The translations under genes and the position numbers were made by a program. Under the pieces are notes generated by a model. It had not been told where the DNA came from. It made no database searches and saw only the letters and a list, made by a program, of their open reading frames with translations. Positions 26,706-36,246 of a DNA stretch of 64,000 bases are shown here, in pieces (positions within the stretch are counted from its first letter, which is position 1; each line of letters opens with the position of its first letter). Source of the DNA: an uncultured Bacteroidales bacterium (GTDB taxonomy: Bacteria; Bacteroidota; Bacteroidia; Bacteroidales; Muribaculaceae); assembly GCA_945829225.1 (NCBI GenBank), contig CALZTY010000002.1:9060-73059 (forward strand), written 5' to 3'.

Positions 26706-27779
26706 ATGCGTATGAAGACTATTATGCTTAAGTGCGGAGCGGTGACAGCCATCGCTGCCGCGTTGTGTGGCTGTGGCGGCTCCAAGGTCGACACAATGGC
26801 GCCACCGGCAGTGCAATTATATACTGTGGAGACAGCCGCCACGGGCATCTGCCACCAATATCCCGGCAAGGTCAAGGCTGCCGAGGAGGTCAATATGGCA
26901 TTCAAGGTCAGCGGCACCCTCATGGCTATTCATGTCGATGCCGGCACATATGTGCATGCCGGGCAACTCATCGCCGAGATTGACCCTCGCGACTATCAAC
27001 TGCAAGTTGATGCCGTCGAGGCTGAGTATCAGCAGATTGCCGCCGATGCACAGCGTGTCATTGCCCTCTATGGCGACAGTGTCGCTACCGCTGCCGACTA
27101 CGACCGCGCCCGCTATGGCTTGCAGCAGATTACCGCCAAGCGCGACAACGCTCGCAACCAACTCGCCGACACCAAGATTTATGCCCCCTTCGACGGCATC
27201 GTGCAAGACCGCTTCTTCGACCCGCCCACGGTCATCGGTGCCGGTATGCCCGTCCTCTCGATAGTCTCGCAGGGCAAGCAGGAAATTGAAATCAATATCC
27301 CCGCGACGGCTTATCGCAGCGCATCGCGGGCACGCTTCACCACCGCATTCGACTTCGTCGACGGTGCCGTGCCTCTCACCCTCATCAGCATCGCTCCCAA
27401 GGCAAATGCCAACCAATTATACACCGTGCGTCTCGCCATCCCGCCGACCGGTGCCTCGCTACCCGCGCCGGGCATGAATGTCATGGTCAACATGGCTATC
27501 ACCGATGATGCCGACAGCGCTGTCGTGGTCCCCTCGCCGGCAGTTGTCGCCGATGATGCCGACAATTGCTATGTGTGGGTGTTCAACCCCGAGGACTCCT
27601 GCGTGAGCCGCCGCAGTGTCGCTGTCGACCGACTCACCGCCGACGGCATGACGCTGCTCTCCGACGGGCTCGCCACGGGCGAGGTGATTGTTGCCGCCGG
27701 CGCTCATCATCTCACTGATGCACAGCGAGTAAAGCCCATGGAGGCTCCTGCCAAATCTAATATCGGAGGCTTACTATGA
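26706..27779 (+). CDS. RND efflux periplasmic adaptor (membrane fusion protein)
   Basis: 357 aa. Lipoprotein signal AALCGC. Biotinyl-lipoyl-like hairpin region (GQLIAEIDPRDYQLQVD). 4-nt overlap with the RND pump gene. Confidence 0.85.
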   Translation: MRMKTIMLKCGAVTAIAAALCGCGGSKVDTMAPPAVQLYTVETAATGICHQYPGKVKAAEEVNMAFKVSGTLMAIHVDAGTYVHAGQLIAEIDPRDYQLQVDAVEAEYQQIAADAQRVIALYGDSVATAADYDRARYGLQQITAKRDNARNQLADTKIYAPFDGIVQDRFFDPPTVIGAGMPVLSIVSQGKQEIEINIPATAYRSASRARFTTAFDFVDGAVPLTLISIAPKANANQLYTVRLAIPPTGASLPAPGMNVMVNMAITDDADSAVVVPSPAVVADDADNCYVWVFNPEDSCVSRRSVAVDRLTADGMTLLSDGLATGEVIVAAGAHHLTDAQRVKPMEAPAKSNIGGLL

Positions 27780-30700
27780 TTGACTTCGGCAAATGGGCTT
27801 TTGACAACCGCAAATTGATTTACTTTGCGGTGGCTGTCCTCTTGGTGGGAGGTGTCTTCAGCGCCCGTCAAATGAGCAAACTCGAGGATCCCGAGATTAA
27901 GGTCAAGATGGCAATGGTGATTGCCACCCGTCCCGGTGCCTCGGCTCACGAGGTCGAGATGGAAGTCACCGAGCCTCTCGAGAAGAATATTCGCACCATC
28001 GGCGAGGTCGACAATGTCACCTCGTGGTCTTATAACGACTTGGCTATCATTCAAGTCGAAATCAAGAGCACCGTCCCCGACGACTACATCGAGCAGTGCT
28101 GGGATATGCTCCGCCGCAAGGTCGCCGACACTGCCGCCACCCTGCCTTCGGGCACCTCGGTGCAAGTCAAGGACGACTTCGGGCTGGTCTATGGCATGTT
28201 GTATACCCTATCGGGCGACGGTGCCGACTACCGCACACTCAGCGACTACGCTCGACTCATCCAGCGTGAACTCACCAACATCGACGGTGTGGCGCGCGTC
28301 ACCATCTACGGCGACCGCCCCGAGTGCATCAACATCGAGATGCTCCCCGAGCGCATGGCTACCCTCGGCGTATCGCCCGCCGAGGTCCTCGTCACCCTCA
28401 AGGGGCAGAATGACGTCTACTACTCGGGCTATTACGACAACGGTACCTCGCGTGTCCGTGTCAGCGTCAGCGACAAGTTTAGACAAGTCGACCAGATCCG
28501 CAATATGATTATCCAGGGGCACGAGGACGACCAACTGCGCCTCGGCGACATCGCCCGCGTATCCGAGGGATATGCAACCCCGGTGCGCGAGGCTATGGCT
28601 TTCAACGGCGAGCATGCCCTGGGTATCGCTGTCGCCGGCGCCTTGGGTACCGACATCGTCAAGGTGGGACATGCCGTCGAGCAGCGCCTCGCCGAGTTGC
28701 AACGCGACCAATTCCCCGCCGGTGTCGAGTGCCACAAGGTATTCTACCAGCCCGAGCGTGTCACATCGGCGCTCGCCAACTTCTTCATCAACTTGCTCGA
28801 GTCGGTCGCCATAGTGGTCGCTATCCTCATGATTACCATGGGCTTTAAGAGCGGCATCATCATCGGCTTGAGCCTTATTATCATTGTCATCGGCTCCTTC
28901 CTCTTGTTGGGTATGGCTGACGGCTCGATGCAGCGCGTGTCGCTGGCATCGTTCATCCTCGCCATGGGTATGCTGGTCGACAACGCCATAGTGATTATCG
29001 ATGGCATCCTCGTCGACCTGCGACGCGGATTGCCGCGACGCGAGGCACTCACCGCCATCGGGCGCAAGACCGCTATGCCCCTGCTGGGTGCAACGCTTAT
29101 CGCCATCCTCGCCTTCTTGCCGGTATTCCTGTCGCCCGACACCGCCGGCGTGTATGTGCGCGACCTCTTTATCGTCTTGGCGGTATCCCTGTTGCTCAGT
29201 TGGATTTTGGCTCTGGTGCATGTGCCACTGATGGCTGACCGATGGCTCCATGCCCCTAAGGACGATGGCAAGGCGCTTTATAGCGGCAAAATTTACGACT
29301 GCTTGCGCGCTACCCTGCGGTGGGCGCTCGCTCATCGCATCGCCACCACTGCCGTGGCTGCCGCATTGGTCGCCCTCAGCATTTGGGGCTATCGCTTTAT
29401 GAAGCAGGGCTTCTTCCCCGATATGGAGTATGACCAATTGTACATAGAGTACAAACTCCCCGAGGGCACCAACTCCACGCGTGTGGCTGCCGACCTCGAG
29501 CAGATGCGTGCCTACCTACAAGAACGCCCCGAGGTGGGCAATGTCACCACCTCGATTGGCGGCACACCGGCTCGCTATTGCTTGGTGCGTAGCATCGCCA
29601 ACCCCTCGCTCGCTTATGGCGAACTCATCGTCGACTTTTCCTCGCCTCGCGCCTTGGAGGACAACCTCGTCGATATTCAGAATAATTTGTGCGAGATGTT
29701 CCCCGATGCCTATGTCAAGGTCAAGCGATATAATATAATGTATAAGAAATACCCCATCGAGGCGCTGTTCAGCGGTCCCGACCCGGCGGTCCTCAAGGCT
29801 CTGGGCGACTCGGCACGGCGCATCATGGAGCAGACCCCCGAGGTGTGGCTCATCACCTCCGACTACGACCCGGCTCAGGCTCAGATGGAAATCAACTTCG
29901 ACCAGTCAGCCGCCCGGCGTGCCGGGCTGAGCCGTGGCGACATCGCCACCTCGGTGCTCAGTGCCGCTGGGGGCATCCCCGTGGGTACTTTCTACGAGGG
30001 TATCCATCCCAATACTATTTACCTCAAGTGTGCCGAGGAGGATGGCGCTTCCATCGACAATCTCGAGAATGTGCCCGTATTCTCGATGATGCCCAACCTC
30101 AACGGCTTGCTCGACGAGGAGACTGTGCTGAAGTTGCGCACCGGCAACATCGATCGCAGCGCCGTGGTGAGCGCCGTGATGCACACCACGCCTCTGCGCC
30201 AGGTGAGCACCGGCATCTCCATCTGCCGCGAAGACCCCGTGGTGCCACGATACAATGGGCAGCGCTCACTGTCGGTAATGTGCTCGCCTGCCCCGGGCAT
30301 CGAGACCGAGCACGCCCGTCAAGCCATCGCCGAGCGCATCGAGAGCCTCGACCTCCCTGTCGGCTACTCCCTGCGCTGGATGGGCGAGAAGGATGCCAGC
30401 ACACGCACCATGCACTACCTGTTTATGAACGTCCCCGTGGGCATCGTGCTGATGATTGCTATCCTCATCATGCTCTTCAAGGACTATCGCAAGCCCACAA
30501 TCATCTTGTGCAGCCTGCCGTTGCTCGCCATCGGCATCGTTGCCGCAATACTCATCAGTGGCTTCACCTTCACTTTCTGTGCCATCGTGGGCGCTCTCGG
30601 GCTCATGGGTATGATGATCAAGAATTGCATAGTTCTCATGGACGAAATCAACGAGCAACTCGCCGCCGGCAAGGAGCCGGTGACCGCGCTCATCGATGCC

Positions 30701-30892
30701 TCGGCGAGCCGTCTGCGCCCCGTGATGATGGCGTCGCTCACCACCATCCTCGGCATGATTCCTCTGCTCACCGACCCCATGTTTGACTCTATGGCGGTCA
30801 CCATCATGGGTGGCTTGCTCTTCTCGACCATCGCAACCTTGCTGTTCATGCCCGTCCTTTATGCCTTGTTCTTCAAAATCAAGATAAAATGA
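27776..30892 (+). CDS. RND efflux transporter permease (AcrB/HAE1-like)
   Basis: 1038 aa. 12-TM layout with two large periplasmic loops. Flanked by adaptor and TolC-type genes with 4-nt overlaps. Confidence 0.9.
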   Translation: MIDFGKWAFDNRKLIYFAVAVLLVGGVFSARQMSKLEDPEIKVKMAMVIATRPGASAHEVEMEVTEPLEKNIRTIGEVDNVTSWSYNDLAIIQVEIKSTVPDDYIEQCWDMLRRKVADTAATLPSGTSVQVKDDFGLVYGMLYTLSGDGADYRTLSDYARLIQRELTNIDGVARVTIYGDRPECINIEMLPERMATLGVSPAEVLVTLKGQNDVYYSGYYDNGTSRVRVSVSDKFRQVDQIRNMIIQGHEDDQLRLGDIARVSEGYATPVREAMAFNGEHALGIAVAGALGTDIVKVGHAVEQRLAELQRDQFPAGVECHKVFYQPERVTSALANFFINLLESVAIVVAILMITMGFKSGIIIGLSLIIIVIGSFLLLGMADGSMQRVSLASFILAMGMLVDNAIVIIDGILVDLRRGLPRREALTAIGRKTAMPLLGATLIAILAFLPVFLSPDTAGVYVRDLFIVLAVSLLLSWILALVHVPLMADRWLHAPKDDGKALYSGKIYDCLRATLRWALAHRIATTAVAAALVALSIWGYRFMKQGFFPDMEYDQLYIEYKLPEGTNSTRVAADLEQMRAYLQERPEVGNVTTSIGGTPARYCLVRSIANPSLAYGELIVDFSSPRALEDNLVDIQNNLCEMFPDAYVKVKRYNIMYKKYPIEALFSGPDPAVLKALGDSARRIMEQTPEVWLITSDYDPAQAQMEINFDQSAARRAGLSRGDIATSVLSAAGGIPVGTFYEGIHPNTIYLKCAEEDGASIDNLENVPVFSMMPNLNGLLDEETVLKLRTGNIDRSAVVSAVMHTTPLRQVSTGISICREDPVVPRYNGQRSLSVMCSPAPGIETEHARQAIAERIESLDLPVGYSLRWMGEKDASTRTMHYLFMNVPVGIVLMIAILIMLFKDYRKPTIILCSLPLLAIGIVAAILISGFTFTFCAIVGALGLMGMMIKNCIVLMDEINEQLAAGKEPVTALIDASASRLRPVMMASLTTILGMIPLLTDPMFDSMAVTIMGGLLFSTIATLLFMPVLYALFFKIKIK

Positions 30893-32217
30893 AACGCTTC
30901 CTCCTATATATCCTTGCCTGCATGCCGCTGACAGCCGGTGCACAAGCCCTCAGCATCGACGATTGCATCGCCCTCGCCCTCGAGAATAACAAGCAAATCG
31001 AGGCGTCGCGCCACGGCTACGATGCCGCCGTGTATCAACAGCGCAGTGCGCGAGCCCTCTTCTTCCCCTCTTTCAGCCTCACCGGCACCGCTATGTATTC
31101 CACCGCCTCGGGGTCATACTCCTCGGGCATTCAGCAGTTGCCGGTCATCGGTCCCGACGGCTTGCCCACCGGCGCCAATGCCCTTATGGCTCTGGATATC
31201 AACTATGATGTCGACTGGCTCTTCAGCGCCGGTGTCAAGGTGCAACAACCCATCTTCATGGGCTGTAAGATACGCACCGGATACATTATGAGTAAGTTAG
31301 CCACCGAGATAGCATGGCAAAATCAGCGCCTGAGCGAGGCTGATGTCATCGTTGCCACCTCGCAGGCATTTGCCGGCGTGGTGCGTGCCCGCGAGATGCT
31401 CGCTGTGGCTCGCTCCTACGATGCCCTGCTTGCCGAGTTGCTGCGCACTGTCGAGGTTGCCCATGCCCGTGGCGTCAAGCCTCGCAATGATGTCCTCAAG
31501 GTTGAGGTGAAGGTCAACGAGAGCCGCCTCAACATTCGCCGCGCCGAGAATGCCCTGCGACTCGCATCCATGAATCTCTGCCACTATATCGGGCGCCCGC
31601 TCACCGACTCCATAGCCATCGACGATGTGCTACCCGAGGTGGATATCAACGGCTTGACTGCCGACATCTCCAATCGACCCGAGCACCTCATGCTCATGGG
31701 CAAGGAGGAAATCGCCTCGCGCAATATCGCCATGGCACGCAGCGAGATGCTGCCCCAAGTCGCTCTCGTGGGGCAGTATGGCTACTCAAACGGCATCGAA
31801 CTCAACGGACGCAAGTTGCTCGACTCGTGGAACTTTGCCGTGGGCGTGCAGATGACCTTCTCGGTGTGGGACTTCGGGCACAACAGCAACAAGGTGCGAG
31901 CCGCCCGCGCGCAGTATGACCAAGCCGTCGCCGAGCGTACCGACACCGACGAGCAACTCACCCTGCAACTCACCCAGTCATTCAATAACCTCGACGAGGC
32001 GGCGCTCGAACTCGACCTCGCCAACTCATCGGTGATCTCAGCCGAGGAAAACCTGCGCTCGGCAGCCCGCCAATATCAAGCCGGCACCGAGTTGCTCAGC
32101 GACTATCTCGAGGCGCAAGCCCTGTGGCAACAAGCCCTTGAAACACAGATAGATGCCCGCGTGGGCTACTACCTGCGATACCTCGACTACCTCCGCGCCT
32201 CGGGCTCGCTCAATTGA
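30889..32217 (+). CDS. TolC-family outer-membrane efflux protein
   Basis: 442 aa. Signal peptide, LSIDDCIALALENNKQIE start and two coiled repeat halves typical of TolC/OprM-type factors. Confidence 0.85.
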   Translation: MKRFLLYILACMPLTAGAQALSIDDCIALALENNKQIEASRHGYDAAVYQQRSARALFFPSFSLTGTAMYSTASGSYSSGIQQLPVIGPDGLPTGANALMALDINYDVDWLFSAGVKVQQPIFMGCKIRTGYIMSKLATEIAWQNQRLSEADVIVATSQAFAGVVRAREMLAVARSYDALLAELLRTVEVAHARGVKPRNDVLKVEVKVNESRLNIRRAENALRLASMNLCHYIGRPLTDSIAIDDVLPEVDINGLTADISNRPEHLMLMGKEEIASRNIAMARSEMLPQVALVGQYGYSNGIELNGRKLLDSWNFAVGVQMTFSVWDFGHNSNKVRAARAQYDQAVAERTDTDEQLTLQLTQSFNNLDEAALELDLANSSVISAEENLRSAARQYQAGTELLSDYLEAQALWQQALETQIDARVGYYLRYLDYLRASGSLN

Positions 32218-32253
32218 CACACCCCCTTGCAACCAAGCATGCATATAGAGCAA

Positions 32254-32281
32254 ATCCCCGGCACTGCGTAGTGTCGGGGAT
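32254..32281. terminator. Hairpin between the TolC-family gene and tRNA-Glu
   Basis: atccccggcac (32254-32264) / gtgtcggggat (32271-32281) with one G-T pair. The T tracts are weak. Confidence 0.4.
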
Positions 32282-32283
32282 TG

Positions 32284-32355
32284 TAGCCCATAGCAGAATC
32301 GAACTGCTCTTTCAAGAATGAAAATCTTGCGTCCTAACCGATAGACGAATGGGCC
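32284..32355 (-). tRNA. tRNA-Glu (anticodon UUC), copy 1
   Basis: The 72-nt reverse-strand sequence GGCCCATTCGTCTATCGGTTAGGACGCAAGATTTTCATTCTTGAAAGAGCAGTTCGATTCTGCTATGGGCTA folds as a cloverleaf by hand: 7-bp acceptor stem, anticodon loop TTTTCAT and T-loop TTCGATT. No encoded CCA. Confidence 0.9.
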
Positions 32356-32371
32356 GACATCTCTAAAAACT

Positions 32372-32407
32372 CAAAAAAGGAACGCTACGGTTCGTTACGA
32401 CGAACCG
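32372..32407 (-). terminator. Intrinsic terminator after rpsT
   Basis: cggttcgt (32388-32395) / acgaaccg (32400-32407) with loop tacg. The minus strand then reads ...cctttttt. Confidence 0.55.
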
Positions 32408-32422
32408 GCTATGACTTGGAAA

Positions 32423-32680
32423 TCAAGCGCCGAGCTTTGCAACGAGACGAGCCAATTTGCCCTTGAGGTTGGCTGCTTTGTTCTTGCTGATTGCCTTCTT
32501 GGAGGCGAGGCGATCGAGCATAGCAGATACAACGCTCAACTTTGCTGCTGCTTCGGTTGCATCGGTGAGTTTGCGCAAGTTGCGCACTGCGTTGCGAGCA
32601 GTCTTGGCATAGTAACGATTGTGCAAGCGACGACGGCTTGTTTGACGAATTCTCTTAATGGATGACTTATGGTTTGCCAT
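32423..32680 (-). CDS. rpsT: 30S ribosomal protein S20
   Basis: 85 aa. [33 protein letters not shown] is typical of S20. Confidence 0.95.
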   Translation of the reverse strand: MANHKSSIKRIRQTSRRRLHNRYYAKTARNAVRNLRKLTDATEAAAKLSVVSAMLDRLASKKAISKNKAANLKGKLARLVAKLGA

Positions 32681-32718
32681 TACTTTTCTTTCTTTGTTGG
32701 TTGTTACTTTATTAATTG

Positions 32719-32790
32719 TAGCCCATAGCAGAATCGAACTGCTCTTTCAAGAATGAAAATCTTGCGTCCTAACCGATAGACGAATGGGCC
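32719..32790 (-). tRNA. tRNA-Glu (anticodon UUC), copy 2
   Basis: Identical 72-nt sequence to copy 1, including the attg trailer. A TAACTTTG box lies 20 nt upstream. Confidence 0.9.
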
Positions 32791-32809
32791 ATAGGCGCGT
32801 TTTGCGGTG

Positions 32810-32817
32810 CAAAGTTA
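32810..32817 (-). promoter_or_regulatory. -7-type promoter box (TAACTTTG) for the tRNA-Glu / rpsT unit
   Basis: Reverse complement of caaagtta, 20 nt upstream of the tRNA 5' end at 32790. Confidence 0.45.
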
Positions 32818-32905
32818 CAAACTTTTTTCATTGTGACAAAATTATTTACCACTTTCCTCTCATTTTTTTCATTTTTCTGCCTAAAAACGAAGCCTAAGAC
32901 AAGAC

Positions 32906-35900
32906 TCAAGCTACTGTGATAGTGTCGTGAAGCATTTCTACAAATTTTGCTACTTGACTTATCTTATTCTGGAAGTGGTTAAGAAGTGCTTCGCGGAAAA
33001 CACGATTATTACGGAATACAATCTTTTCCATATCTCCGTTTTGGCAGACATAATTAAGAATGTTGTTAATAAATTCTTCTTGTTCAGCGGTCAGTGAATT
33101 TGCAGAAATATAATCAGAGAAAAGTTGTATTGCCTTTTGACGGTCGAGTCCCACGAGTTTACGAATAAATGCTGCTACAGGGATATCAGCGGTCATTTGC
33201 TCGTGGCTGAGATAGCGTTCGTAATCCTCTTTGCTACCGAGTTCTTGCCATAAGATATGTTCTAATTCGTCAATATCTTGGCTCGTGAGGTATTCGAGAT
33301 TATAGATTTTTTGTAATACCGGGTGGCTACGATGTTGAGTGAGAAAATCAAGTAACTTTTCGCGATAACTTACATCGGTGTTGATTTTCGGAGCAACGCC
33401 GCCATCGGTAACATCGTCCTCGATTGTTACGGTAAAAGTCTTGCCGCCATCGCTGACAAGATATTTCATAAGGTCGCGAAGCTCACTGCGCATATTCTCG
33501 ATAGAGGCGAGGGTCTTGTTATCCCAAAATGCCGAGGTCATAACTTCGTTTAGCAACGGCATTTTAGCCTGAATATCGGGAATAGTAGCGCGTTTACGCA
33601 GTGCGTCGGCAATACGAGTGATTTGTCCCTCGTGGCGCCCACTGTCAAAGTTTTCGTCGACCAGACCGAGTTGAACGTACAGTGAAAGCAGGTCGAATTT
33701 CTTGGCGAGTTCGTTTTCGAGCGACTTGGGAAGAAGCGGAGCAACTTCATTTTTCAAGTCGAGTACATCGACTTCGGAGATGTACTGCCACGTTTCAGGC
33801 TTGCGGAATTTATCGACCGCAGGCCAGTGGTTACGCACGGCAATGTGAGCATCGTCGAGCTTGCCGACCTCGGCTTGAAGAATCTGCTTCAATTCGTCGT
33901 GAAGCCTCTTGGCAAAGTCGTCAGCCTGATATTGCGGTGCTTGCAGAGCACAGGCAATGTCGGCTCGTACACCAAACAGTCGCTCTGTGAGCGATGTTGT
34001 CTTAACGGCTTTGCCCTCCTTGGGATTCTCGCCGAAGTATTTGAAGTTGCCGCCCCAGTCGAAGATGTAGAAAAGCTCTTTGTCCTGACCATCGCCGAAG
34101 ATGTCAGGGCTTAAACGAGTGCCGCGGCCAATCATCTGCATAAACTTGATGCGCGAGCGCACACGTTTGAAGAAAACAAGATTGAGCACGTCGGGAACGT
34201 CTATACCGGTATCGAGCATATCGACCGACACTGCAATCTGCGGCATTTTGTCGCGGAGGCTGAACTTGTCGATAAGGTCTTGCGAGTAGTTGATTGAATA
34301 ATCTATCTGCTCGCAGAATCCGTCGCCGTATTCGGGATAGAGCAAGTTGAAGCGTTCGACAATGAGCTTCGCTGTCTTGGAGTTCATTGCGAAGATGATA
34401 GTTTTGCCGATCACCTCGCCCGACTGCACTTTCAAGCCGTTAGCCATAAGGTCTTGAAGCATCTTGTCGATGGTATCAGTGTTGTAGATATATTTGTATA
34501 TCTCTTGTTCGCCGATGTCGCGCGGCTCCCAGTCTGCGTCAGGGTCTTTGTTGACCTGTTCATATTCCCACACCTGTTCGAGCTGCTGCTTCTCGTCGTC
34601 AGAGAGATCATCATACTTGATGCCCTCGTTGACGACCTTTGAGCCGCGGATATATCCCTCGTAGTCCACGAGGTATTTGTCTTTGACTGCTTCGCTGTAT
34701 TCGTAGTAGTCGGTCGGCTGACCTCCTTCGAGGTGGAGAAGTTCGTATGTTGACTTATCCACCTGCTCGCGAGGGGTGGCTGTCAGCCCCACGAGCAGAC
34801 TGTCGAAGTAGCGGAATATGTCGCCGAATTTGCCGAATACGGAGCGGTGAGCCTCGTCTATGATAATCAAGTCAAATCTGCCGACGCTGTAAGGCTTTTG
34901 GTCGGTGTTGACATAGTTAATCATAGTCTGATATGTCGAGAATGTGATACGGGCGTTCGGGTCGACATCGGTAGTTTTGTCGCTCAAAACAGTAACCGAT
35001 GTATTCGGGAGCAACTTCGAGAAGTTGCGGGCCGCCTGATTGACGAGCGATGTACGGTCGGCAAGAAACAGAGTGTTCTTGACCCAGTTGTTGCGTTGCA
35101 ACACGTCGACGAGCGAGATAGCGGTACGAGTCTTGCCCGTGCCGGTCGCCATGACGAGCAGTCCTCGGCGATGGCGTTCATTGAACCACTCGCACATATT
35201 CTTGATTGCCCGCTTCTGATAATATCGGTCAGAGATTTGGTCGTTGACCGAGAAATCGGAAATGTCGGGGCGAGATGTGCGACGCGACATTATCAATTCG
35301 AGGTCTTTGGCGGTATGGAAAGCAAAGAGCCGACGTGCGGGATAGCCCAGCCCGTCAATGCAATATATTTCGTAGCCGTTGGTGTAGTATATCACCGGGC
35401 GAACATGGTATTTTCTTTGGAGGCAGTCGGCGTACAGTTCTGCCTGATGTTTGCCGACGTTGGCATCTTTGCTGGTGCGTTTGGCTTCAACCACGGCAAG
35501 AGGCTTGCCGTCGGTGCCAAACAGCACATAGTCGGCATAACCTTTACCGGCGTTGTTCGGCATACCTGCAACTTCGACTTCAATACAGGCTTTGCCGCCT
35601 ACGACATCGCCCTCCGTTTTCAGAACCTCCCAACCTGCTTCGCGAAGCATAAGGTCGATGAAGCGGCGACGAGTTTCGGCTTCCGAAATGTCACCCCAGG
35701 AAATGTCAGCTTTGACCTGCGGAGCTTCGGCAACCGTAACCGGCTCAACCGTATCGGCAAAAGCCTCAGGCGTTTGCTCGGCACGGATAACCAAGATGCG
35801 CGGGCGCGGTTGTCGAGTAGGCAGCAGCGACTTGTCAAACGGTGCGAGTGTATCGAGCACTCGTAGTTTGAGAAGCACACCGCCAACGAGGTTATAAAGG

Positions 35901-36235
35901 TTGAGCACGGTAAAGAACGCATCGCTGCGTGTTACCTTGCCGTCATGGGCGGCGAGGTTGCCGACTTTTCTGATCCAGTGAACCGCTTTCATCAGTTCGG
36001 GGTCAGCGAGAAAGTCGGCGAACACGTCGGCGGTGGTGAGTTGGAGAAGTGAAGCACGTTCTCCCGGCTCCACGCCTTTCATTTTGTATATAGCCTTGAC
36101 AAGCCATTCAAGAGCCTTACAGGCATTGATGGCTGACGAATCAGGCTCGGTGTACTGTCGTTGCTCGCACAGGTCGCAAAGTTGATGCAGCGGTGCGAGT
36201 TCCGGTATATCTTTAAGGTAGTCGAAGTTCAGCAT
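32906..36235 (-). CDS. hsdR: Type I restriction enzyme R subunit with an N-terminal DUF4145-like extension
   Basis: 1109 aa. About 180-aa N-terminal extension (ACKALEWLVKAIY...IRKVGNLAAHD). PD-(D/E)xK region GYADYVLFGTDGKPLAVVEAKRT. Helicase motif I VMATGTGKTRTA and DEAH box IIIDEAHRS. Confidence 0.9.
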   Translation of the reverse strand: MLNFDYLKDIPELAPLHQLCDLCEQRQYTEPDSSAINACKALEWLVKAIYKMKGVEPGERASLLQLTTADVFADFLADPELMKAVHWIRKVGNLAAHDGKVTRSDAFFTVLNLYNLVGGVLLKLRVLDTLAPFDKSLLPTRQPRPRILVIRAEQTPEAFADTVEPVTVAEAPQVKADISWGDISEAETRRRFIDLMLREAGWEVLKTEGDVVGGKACIEVEVAGMPNNAGKGYADYVLFGTDGKPLAVVEAKRTSKDANVGKHQAELYADCLQRKYHVRPVIYYTNGYEIYCIDGLGYPARRLFAFHTAKDLELIMSRRTSRPDISDFSVNDQISDRYYQKRAIKNMCEWFNERHRRGLLVMATGTGKTRTAISLVDVLQRNNWVKNTLFLADRTSLVNQAARNFSKLLPNTSVTVLSDKTTDVDPNARITFSTYQTMINYVNTDQKPYSVGRFDLIIIDEAHRSVFGKFGDIFRYFDSLLVGLTATPREQVDKSTYELLHLEGGQPTDYYEYSEAVKDKYLVDYEGYIRGSKVVNEGIKYDDLSDDEKQQLEQVWEYEQVNKDPDADWEPRDIGEQEIYKYIYNTDTIDKMLQDLMANGLKVQSGEVIGKTIIFAMNSKTAKLIVERFNLLYPEYGDGFCEQIDYSINYSQDLIDKFSLRDKMPQIAVSVDMLDTGIDVPDVLNLVFFKRVRSRIKFMQMIGRGTRLSPDIFGDGQDKELFYIFDWGGNFKYFGENPKEGKAVKTTSLTERLFGVRADIACALQAPQYQADDFAKRLHDELKQILQAEVGKLDDAHIAVRNHWPAVDKFRKPETWQYISEVDVLDLKNEVAPLLPKSLENELAKKFDLLSLYVQLGLVDENFDSGRHEGQITRIADALRKRATIPDIQAKMPLLNEVMTSAFWDNKTLASIENMRSELRDLMKYLVSDGGKTFTVTIEDDVTDGGVAPKINTDVSYREKLLDFLTQHRSHPVLQKIYNLEYLTSQDIDELEHILWQELGSKEDYERYLSHEQMTADIPVAAFIRKLVGLDRQKAIQLFSDYISANSLTAEQEEFINNILNYVCQNGDMEKIVFRNNRVFREALLNHFQNKISQVAKFVEMLHDTITVA

Positions 36236-36246
36236 AGTGGAGAGTT

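Noticed and set aside
34847-35866. 339-aa plus-strand ORF inside the AT-richer R-M island.
   Set aside because: It lies antisense to the helicase core of hsdR, which has clear motif I and DEAH boxes. It has no motifs of its own and no promoter box or plausible start context.
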